A stretch of DNA of 64,000 bases from the human T2T-CHM13v2.0 reference genome, Homo sapiens: NCBI RefSeq assembly GCF_009914755.1, contig NC_060934.1. One strand, written 5' to 3'. This document shows, one piece after another, positions 55,601 through 64,000 of the stretch. The notes below the pieces were generated by a model, which had not been told where the DNA came from, did no database searches, and worked only from the letters and a program-made list of their open reading frames with translations. The position numbers were made by a program, and so were the translations under genes. Positions within the stretch are counted from its first letter, which is position 1. Each line of letters starts with the position of its first letter.

Positions 55601-57540
55601 CCCTGAGTCAGTATTCTCACCACTAACCGCATGCATTTCAGATCCTCAGTAAATGATTGAATGAAATTAAGCCACTGCATTTGTCTGAAATATAGAGTCA
55701 AAAGGTTTTATTCAGCCTCCTGTTTAAAATAAAATTATCTTTATTAAGAGCAGGTAGCATAGTTTATTTCTTTTCTTCAGTCTTACCCCTGAAAGAAAAC
55801 ATCTGAGCTTTAGCAGGAAGTTATAATTAAATGCAGGACAAATCCATCAAACACAAGACACTCTGCTAGAGATCTCTAAATGGGACATAATTGTGCATTT
55901 ACCAGTGATATTTAGCAAGAGTCTCCATGCAGCGTGGATAATCTTTGGCTGAAGGCATGTTCCTTCCTACATGAGCCCCGGAGTCTGCTGCTCTGCCCTT
56001 CAGTCCCGAAGCCTCTCCTGGCCCTCCACACCAGGTTCTGGAAGCCAGAGGAGGTGGGGTGCTCACTAGCTGGGTTTGGAAAATGTTGCTCATCACCTGA
56101 GCATCTGAAGTGCTGTGTGTGGCGAGGCCACTAAAAGCTTTTCAGATCCCCACCAGTTTCCGTGCAACCTCCTTCACAGCCTCATGGAAGCCTTGCGTCC
56201 AAGCTCGGCACCTTGCCAGATTCCAGAGGAACTCAGAGGAGCACCTGTCTTTGGAACGAACTCTTTCCTTGGGTGACCCTCCAGGGTGGTCAGGTAGCAT
56301 TCCCAGACCATAAGATGAAAACGTCGTCCATGGAGAGAGAGAGGAGGTGTTCGGGTCACAGGAGAGGCAGAGGGTACACAGCACTCCCCATCTGGAGTGT
56401 CCCACGGTCAGCCCGATGGTGCCTCAGATGTGAGTAACTTATGAAGGACTCTTGGCCGATTTTCTTAAATCAAACAGGATTCAAGCCAAGTACATCGTGT
56501 GTTAATGTCTCTGGGGAGTAGAATTCATTCAGAAATGGACATTTAGTGATTCTCTACTGCCAGTGGAATCTTAAGGCACCCAAAAATCTGAATACCCAAA
56601 TCTCCCAGCTGGCTGGTCAAGTTTTAGAATGTTGAGCACTCTAAACTGGGAAGAGCCTGGTAGCCGTGGTACCAGGAACACTCACTCTTCCTGCTTGCTG
56701 CTTTCCTCATGCTGAGCTGGGCTGAGATCAAGACTCCTGGGGCACTTGCTTCCTCTACCCTTTGTCTGTGGCCAGGTGGGATTCCCACACAGTCAAAGGA
56801 AGCCCGTGTCCAACAGGGGCCATTTCCCTTAAATTTCTCTCATCACCCCCAGCTCTGCTGTGCCTCAGGTGGGCCGCTGCCACTCTTCCTTCACGTTCTT
56901 GATAATATCAGTGTCTTGAAAGGAAGCTTCTTGCAGGTAGGGAGGACGCTTTTCCCTGGAATAGCTGCTGTGCTCATATGAGTTTGTGCTGGAACATTCT
57001 AACCACCTTTCTGTGCCCTGGTTTGGGTTGAAGGGAAGGCGATTTAAATCAAAATAAATCTGCAAGGCAGTTCATCACTGGGACATTGTTTTTCCAAGCC
57101 GGGGAAGGCGAATGGGTTAGGGCAGCTTCCCACAGACGGCAACTCCGGGAGAATATCACCGGGGCCTTCCAGTCTGCCGCAGCCCCGGGAGCTTCTACCC
57201 AGGGCAGGTCAGTGTTGTCCGGTTTGATTTTAAGGAACCCCTGGCATTGCCAACAGTTGTGTTTTTCTTAAAGAAATCCTTGAGCCAGGTCCACATGGCT
57301 CTAGCTTTGCTGTGTTAAGGTGCCCGACGCCCTGTTGTCACATGTACACACGCCCAGCAAAGCTGGGCTGCTTCACCCACCAGCCACCATCCTCTCGTGC
57401 CAAGTCAAAGAAAGTGAAAGCCACCAGTGTCATGATATTTGCCTCGGGATTATTCTGTGGGTGACACGTGATGTCCTAGGAGAGGCCTAGGGGAGGTGCG
57501 ACTCTGATGGGCTCTGAGTGTTTCCCCACCAATGCTGGGA

Positions 57541-57679
57541 GAGGGTCTTGTCTCCTGCAGGGTTCAAGGGATGGGATAGGAAGGGGCTGAGGTGCCAGGC
57601 AAAAGTCTTGTCTCCTGCAGGGTTTGAGGGATGGGACAGGAAGGGGCTGAGGTACCAGGTGAGGGTCTTGTCTCCTGCA
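57541..57679. repeat. 60-bp tandem repeat, about 2.3 copies
   Basis: Unit (GAGG)GTCTTGTCTCCTGCAGGGTT..AGGGATGGGA.AGGAAGGGGCTGAGGT.CCAGG starts at 57541, 57601 and 57661. Confidence 0.95.
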
Positions 57680-58851
57680 CTGGCTCCTGCTGGCATCATG
57701 AGCTGGCATCCGTGGCAGCCCCCGGAGCTGCAGGATTTGGGCTTCCGAGCAAAGGTGCTCCCCCGGCAAGGATGGGGCGGACCACAGGGCCGGCATTTCA
57801 GTGGTGGGTGAGTTGCAGGGCCCCTGGGGAAGACTGGGACGTGGCATTTCCATGAGCGTGGGCTACGGAGCCCGTAATTGTTAGTGTTTCAGGGTTTGCC
57901 AGTGGGGAAGCTTGAGGAACTCCCCCGTGATAAGCGCCGCCGTGAGAGAGGCCATCACCCCAGCTCTTCTTCCAGGGCCGAGCGCGGCAGGGAAGGAGGA
58001 GAGGGCAGGGCAGGAGAATAAATTTCATTTTACTGTAGAAATGGAAATTTGTGTCATGGCTTTAAAAATCTGGTTTTATGTGTGTGTTTAATGCCATTCA
58101 TTTTAAATGTAGTATCATAAATCATTGCTTCAGAATCAAAGCTGTTTAATTACATTTCACCCATGAATAGTTATCTAATGCCAATAGAGAAAGAGTTAAA
58201 AAGGAGAACTACAGAGTAAATCAGAGGTTGAGATCTTCAGCACAAGCATAAAAAATCAATTTAAGATGAATTTTACTACTATAAAAATTCTTCAAATATC
58301 CCTTTAAGAGTGGGAACTGCTAGGAAAGCCAGCTCACATTTCAATTCCCTCAGCAGCATGAGAGAAGGACGCCCGCGTGGGCAGAGGCTTGGTGTGCACC
58401 CCGTTTTGCTCAGGGGTGATGAAGGAATCCTAACTCTGGAGTCTGAGCAGTTGCTGGGGGCACAGAACCTCCCAGCTCTCGTGGTAGAATGCCCCCTCTC
58501 CCACAGTGTACCCTCGCTTCCCTGAGAAACCCCATCTGCGGGGTGTGATGGCCAGCCAGACCCCGCTAGTCCTGAAGACTAACCCTGACCTTGAGGTGCA
58601 TGCCTCGCCAACCAATCCCACATCCCAGTCTTACCCGGGGACCGTACAACTCACCCACCACTGAAACGGCAGCCCCTGTGCTCCACTCCATCCTCGCCGG
58701 GGGGGCACCTTTGCTTCGGAGCCCAAATCCTGCAGCCCCAGGTGCCACCACGGACGCCAGCTCATGACACCAGCAGAGGTAGTGCAGGAGACAAGACCCT
58801 CACCCAGCGCCTCAGCCCCTTCCTGTCCCATCCCTCGAACCCTGAAGGAGA
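57611..58851. repeat. Inverted repeat with ~238-bp arms (57611-57848 and 58614-58851) and a ~765-bp spacer
   Basis: Hand alignment of the left arm with the reverse complement of the right arm gives roughly 85% identity. Confidence 0.95.
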
Positions 58852-60802
58852 TGTCAGCTGAGCTCTTGCTGCAGGAGGTGCCAGGCCCAGGTGGCTTGAT
58901 CAGGGGTTTTGTTTCCTCAGTTGAAGGTCGGGGCACATGGGCCCCATCACGCTTGCTCTTCCTGTCTGGGCAGTGGTGGTTGACAGCAGCCAGCTCTGCA
59001 TCACTCAGGAGGGAGCCGGGGCTAACCCTCACTGCACAGGGCTTCCACCCCTCTGTTCGGCCGCCTTCCCCGGGGATCAGGACAGCAAAGTACATTACAT
59101 ATTTCTCCATCGTTCTTCTTAGATAGCATCAGTACACTGTTTATTCGCTTAGCAAAGAGCAGAGCAAGAATTGAATGACTGAAGGTGTGTCTCTGAAATT
59201 GAATAATGTTTAAGCCAAGCAGAAGTTCTCCTTTCCGTGGCCAGACCTCACTAACGGGGAAGGAAATTGGGCAGTGAAAAGACAGCACTCCCATGCCCTA
59301 AGGAAACTCTGAGAGAGGCCACTTCGTTGCCTGCTCGGCAGGCCCATTCTCTGCCTGCAGAGTGAGCCCGGCTTCCCCCAGGGCCTCTTTGTGACGGGAC
59401 CGACAAGGGTTTCCAGGCAGTGGCTTGGGCTGTGGAGACCTCAGCCTGTGTATTAAGGGTACTGGGCTGAATGAGGGCACTGTCTGCGTGAGTTCCCTTG
59501 GGCAGGGATCTGGGTAAGGCGGCAGTTTGGAGAAGACCGGGGCATGTTCTGTCTGGCCGCAGTGTCCACGGGGTCAGCGTAATTTAGCCGGCTCTGCTGG
59601 GCTTGGTTCACAGGTCCGACTGCTGGTCACAGTTATCCGTGGCTGTCGGTCATCCTAGTGAGCTTCCTTCTTTTTCCCTTCATTCTCTGGCTCCTTCCTT
59701 AAAACCGTCAGGATTTGTGTGCTTGGAAACCTCTGACCACCCTCCTGCTCCACCGTGAAAAACAGTGTATGGGGGCCCCTATGTGCATCTCACCCAAAAA
59801 GGTCCATTTTTAGAAAGACCCGAGGATCTCGGCAGAGACTTTTACACCCACAAAATGCTCCAGCCCAGAGACCCAGCCTCCAGCACAGGACAGCGTGTGA
59901 GACTGGCCCGAGGTCTTCCATCGCCGCCCCTGCTGTCGGATGACATGCACATTTCTGCAACTGCAGGACCTCAAAGCGAAGTAACCCTGGACACACCCTT
60001 CACTGGGTCTCTTTCCCCCACATCTCCCCCAACAATGGAAGGCAAGCACCGCTCCACACGAAAATAACAACACGGGTGCAGTTCTGTGCCTCTCCTTAGC
60101 TTCTCCCTGCCGCCCCGTGGGCTTGGTCATGGTGTCACCACGCACTGTAGATGTCGCAGACGCAGGCCCATGGCCGTGTGTGCCCCTGGGCATGTCTGCT
60201 GTCTTCTGGGGAAATGGAAACGCCACCATAGGCATTTACTCAGGCAGAAGCTCCAGAACTTTAGATCCCAGCTTTGCCGTTTTTAATTGTCTCTTGTTAA
60301 AATGTGAGTATCCCAGATGGAATGCAAAAGAGGTTCGTGCTGCTGAGGCCCTGGTTTCTTTTCTGAATGGATGTGCCAGGGTATTTCCGCCCACAGTACA
60401 CTTTAAGCCAAAGTAATTTGTATCATCTTTAACACAAACCCAAAACACGAAAGGCTGTGTTTGTTTAACTAGACGTGTAAGCTATAGTTATCTTTATTTC
60501 CGCTTTAACTGCATAAGAGAGGAAACCTTTTTAACTATAAGGAAGGTGTTCGGCTTCCTTTTATCTCTTGCCTCATTATGTACTTTTGACTTTATTCAGA
60601 TTTGTACAAGCTTGGTTTTTACCTCACAGGAAAAGCGAGAACTAATCGCTCCAGAGATCATCTGAGCTCTTTGTGTGAAGGTGTTTTAAGAAGTTGTGAC
60701 TACATCTTCTTTTCTAAAACAGCCTCCAATTCTGTGATACAAAGTGAAATGCCAGTTGTTTGCAGCTCCGGGGCTGTGGTCCTCCTGGACACCAGCGGTA
60801 GC

Positions 60803-60976
60803 AACAGGCCCCATCCACACAGGGCTGGGGAGACAGGTCCCCTTCTGCACGGGGCCCAGGAGACAGGCCCTCATTCATACAAGGCCAGGGAGACCAGCAG
60901 AATCAGCACGGGGCCAGGGCAACAGCCCCATCCACACAGGGCCGGGCAGACAGGCCGAATCCGCACAGAGCTGGGG
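60803..60976. repeat. Degenerate ~30-bp GC-rich minisatellite, about 6 copies
   Basis: Recurring ACAGGCCCCATCCACACAGGGC.GGG.AG-like units. Confidence 0.8.
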
Positions 60977-62005
60977 TTGGAGCTGAGAGTCATCCCTGAC
61001 CCCAGCTTCATGGTCCTCCAGCTCTTCCCTGCACCATTGCCATGTTCTTACTGCTGCAGCCCTGCGTCAGGGCAGCTGCGGTGCCTTCTGCCTCTTGCCA
61101 GGGGCCCCCAGCCCCCACCAGTCACACTGTGGGCCGCACTCATAGGACAAAGTGCCCTTCCCGCCCTGACACGCACAGTCCTTGCCCACCTTTCTGTGAG
61201 TCTCAGTCCCCGAGGCCTCCACTCTGCGTCTACGTTCACACTGTCTGTCCTACGCCCGGGATGGCTCTGTTGCCTCCTCTCCATGGACTGGCCGTGCATC
61301 CCTTGTGTGGACAGAGTTGGGACGGTGCTCCCGGCTGCATCGGCCGCCTGTGCTGGGCCACATGTCCAGGCAAGTGAAGCCTTCACTGGGACCCTCCCAG
61401 AGCAGCATGGGTGTGTCGAGGAGAAACATTCTGTAGATCTCAGCGCACGCCCCCCAAGGCAGCCCAGGAAGGAAGGGTGAAGGGCCCGCGGGAGCTGTGC
61501 GTCCACAGCATCCACAGTGCAGTGACGTTTCCCACCTTTTCACAGAAGCCTGAGGAGCAGCACTGTCTGCAGAAGGAAACTAGAAAACTTCCGTGCTCCA
61601 AGCCTGGGAAGTCCCGGGGAAGCATGCCGTTTGTCTGGGGCCTCGAGAGGCAGGGAAGGAAGGAAGGGAGTCACCTGAAGAAATCGGACCCAGGGCCAGG
61701 GCTTCCCACGGGGGTCCACAGCACTTGAAATCACAACGGGATGTGTCATGCACTCCACAGCCCCAGGTGGCAGCGGGAGACCTCCCCTTCAGGGCCATGT
61801 CCTCAGTCCGTGGAACACAGCCCCAGAAAATCCACCCCTGCTGGAGATGGGGAATCCTTTCCATGAGGGCCCACCAGGTCGAAGCCACAGATGAATGAAC
61901 ACCCCAAACAGAAGCAGCCACAAAACAGTCTGAAGCGACTCCCAGAGGTACAGGTTCAAACTGCAGGAAATCAAAGGGAGGAGAGTGTCCAGAAAGAACC
62001 AAGAG

Positions 62006-62318
62006 GGCCGCGCAGTAGCTCACACCTTTAATCCCAGCAGTTTGGGGGGCCCACGCGGGCGGATCACCTGAGGTCAGGAGTTCGAGACCAGCCTGGCCAA
62101 CGTGATGAAGCCAACATGGAGAAACCCCATCTCTACTAAAGATACAAAAAGTTAGCTGGCCATGGTGGCAGTCGCCTGTAATCCCAGCTACTAGGGAAGA
62201 TGAGGCAGAAGAATCACTTGAACCCGGGATATGGAGGTTGCAGTGAGCCAAGATCGAGCCATTGTACTCCAGCCACGGCAACAAGAGCAAAACTCCGTCT
62301 CAAAACAAACAAACAAAC
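62006..62318 (+). mobile_element. Alu, AluSp/Sq-like, with an (AAAC)n tail
   Basis: ggccgcgcagtagctcac...catggagaaacccc...caacaagagcaaaactccgtctc. It has a small internal duplication of gccaac, and a flanking repeat AGAAAGAACCAAG. Confidence 0.93.
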
Positions 62319-62890
62319 ACCAGGAAGGTTTGAGAAAGAACCAAGTAGACACAGGCACACGAGGCACAGGGCTGCCCCCGAGAGGACAGACTCACCGATG
62401 AAGGAAACACAGAGTAGGCCCTCTGGAGCGTGGGAATCAGGGGACTGCAGGTAAACCCTGAGGAATCCCCTGAACACAGCACACGGCCATGGAGGAGGCA
62501 GAACGCGTGGATGTGGCCTTGCGTTGTTGGACTCGGGGTGGGGTGGGCCGTGTGGTGCAGTCTAATGACTGTGTCGATATTTCTGGGAACTGTTTTCAAT
62601 AGTGAGTGCTTGATGATTTAGGTGCAGCCGTGCCATCTGTAAGTCTTACAAAGGGACACTGTCACTTGGGTTGCCTTGCGCTGTGATGCAGACTCTCAGA
62701 ACACACGTCCTGGGAGGCCTGAAGGTGGAGAGTGGTTGCGGGGCCTCGGTGCGTCCTTGCCTCACCAGTCCCCCTTTCTGCTGCACAGCTAGTTGAGACG
62801 TGTGTGCCCATGAAGCAGCCACAGGTGTTTGCCCGTTTAGATGCAGTAGGTGTTTGCTTTTCCGATGTGTGGAGGCAGGGCCCAGAGGTT

Positions 62891-62918
62891 TACTAAGCCC
62901 CTGTTCTCACTTTTGCAG
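62891..62918 (+). promoter_or_regulatory. Branch point, polypyrimidine tract and 3' splice site of exon 3
   Basis: TACTAAG (62891-62897, one mismatch to TACTAAC) lies about 22 nt upstream of the AG and is followed by cccctgttctcacttttgcag. Confidence 0.75.
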
Positions 62919-63067
62919 TGCCGTGGAGGTCCCAGCCCCCGCTGCGGTTCTCGGAGGTCCGGAGCCCCTGATGCAGTGCACAGCCTGGCTGAATGCCTAT
63001 TTCCACCAGCCCGAGGCTATCGAAGAGTTCCCCGTGCCGGCTCTTCACCATCCCGTTTTCCAGCAAG
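62919..63067 (+). CDS. MGMT: MGMT internal coding exon (exon 3, 149 nt; codons 42-92 in 207-aa numbering)
   Basis: The translation AVEVPAPAAVLGGPEPLMQCTAWLNAYFHQPEAIEEFPVPALHHPVFQQ matches human MGMT as recalled. Acceptor is ctgttctcacttttgcag|T (AG 62917-62918) and donor is AAG|gtcggt (GT 63068-63069). Codons at known variant sites carry the common alleles: Leu53 CTC (62950-62952), Trp65 TGG (62986-62988), Leu84 CTT (63043-63045). Confidence 0.98.
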
Positions 63068-64000
63068 GTCGGTAACTAAGCCATCTGCGGTGTTTCCTTT
63101 GGGGAGCTTGACTTATTAACGATCGCTGACATCACAGTTCATTTTATTGAGTATACCAACTTGGTATTTTTACATCAGCTAAACAGAGGCAGCGTTTGGC
63201 CGAGCTGGAGGGACGGGGGTTCGCCGCCTCCACCCACTCCAACACTTGTGTTAGTTTTGGCACAGGGTTGCATAATTCTTGGCAAAGGCAATAAAAATGA
63301 AGCATGCAGATCGACTCTTGACTCTCGCTGGCTGAAAGGTTTAAATAGGAACACATCTGAATGGCAGTAAATTTTTCAATAAGCTTATTGTGAACTTCAA
63401 CTATCTGCTTGCCAACAGCACAGAAAACGAGACTTGTGCGTGGACATTTAGCTATTTCCATACACTCTGTTGGTGACACTTACATCATAGCAGGTAGCAG
63501 CATTGGAGCTTCTCAAATAATTTTACATTTAATTTCTCAAACGTACCAGAGTTAGACATATTCTTTCTTAAGAGATGACTTGAGAACTTACCTGTATGTA
63601 GCCTGCTTAAGGCTTGTGATAATCTAAAACATTTCCCAGACATTTCTTTTAAAGCTTGTGTTTGGCTCTGCTCAATACAGAAATTAATTACAGCAACTAA
63701 AATCATTCCAGACACATGCCAGAAATTTATTTTGCATAGTGAGTTTTTCATAATCATTTTTGTGTATAAATGAACATATATTCATATATGATGTATATAT
63801 GGAGTTGTACACTTATATATCCTTAAAGGGAAAAATTACCTTGAGATTTTAGATGTGGTGAATTTAAAGCAATTTTGAATTTCAGATCAGATTTGCTGGG
63901 TAAGCTTAACAGTATTCTAATTGCTGCGGTGCTTCTCAGCACAAAACAAACTTGAAAATGGAGAGAACTTTTCAAGGGAAGCAGGTAAAGAAACCCCTGA
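63068..64000 (+). other. MGMT: 5' start of MGMT intron 3
   Basis: Begins with the GT donor. The continuation peptide ESFTRQVLWKLL is absent, and the frame hits a stop at 63073-63075. Confidence 0.93.

Noticed and set aside
57541-57679. Regularly spaced repeats (also 34313-34404 and 60803-60976) as a CRISPR-like array
   Set aside because: The units are head-to-tail with no unique spacers, there are no cas genes, and the context is a primate intron.
49394-59076. EBF-type TCCCNNGGGA sites at 49394-49403 and 59067-59076, suggesting EBF3 autoregulation
   Set aside because: A motif with 8 fixed bases is expected about once per window of this size by chance, and the sites are not clustered.
60602-61480. 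Longest ORF in the track (292 aa)
   Set aside because: It opens at TTG, runs through a GC-rich minisatellite and has no recognisable domain. The nearby acceptor-like CAG (60599) would not join it in frame to MGMT exon 2.
62800-62918. N-terminal extension of the ORF containing the MGMT peptide
   Set aside because: This is intronic read-through upstream of the splice acceptor and does not match MGMT.

Overview
This is primate, very probably human, genomic DNA from inside MGMT (O6-methylguanine-DNA methyltransferase, 10q26.3), transcribed on the + strand. The only real coding sequence is a 149-nt internal exon (62919-63067) encoding (D)AVEVPAPAAVLGGPEPLMQCTAWLNAYFHQPEAIEEFPVPALHHPVFQQ(E). It is exon 3 of the usual 5-exon model. 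Everything upstream is the 3' part of the very long intron 2, and 63068-64000 is intron 3. The intron contains Alus, old and young L1s, L2/MIR relics, a MER4A1-like solo LTR, several hAT/Tigger DNA-transposon fossils, microsatellites, and AT-rich repeat-free blocks that look like conserved non-coding elements. The other ORFs in the track appear spurious. I find no evidence for a wholly new gene system. The most notable structures are: (1) a TSD-bounded L1PA insertion with both a 5' inversion and a ~0.55-kb 3' transduction; (2) a ~238-bp inverted duplication, not recognisably transposon-derived, that could form a long pre-mRNA hairpin over cryptic splice sites; (3) a candidate ultraconserved enhancer block; and (4) several candidate cryptic or poison exons. 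Repeat subfamily names come from recalled consensus sequences, not from a RepeatMasker run, and the boundaries of old repeats are approximate.
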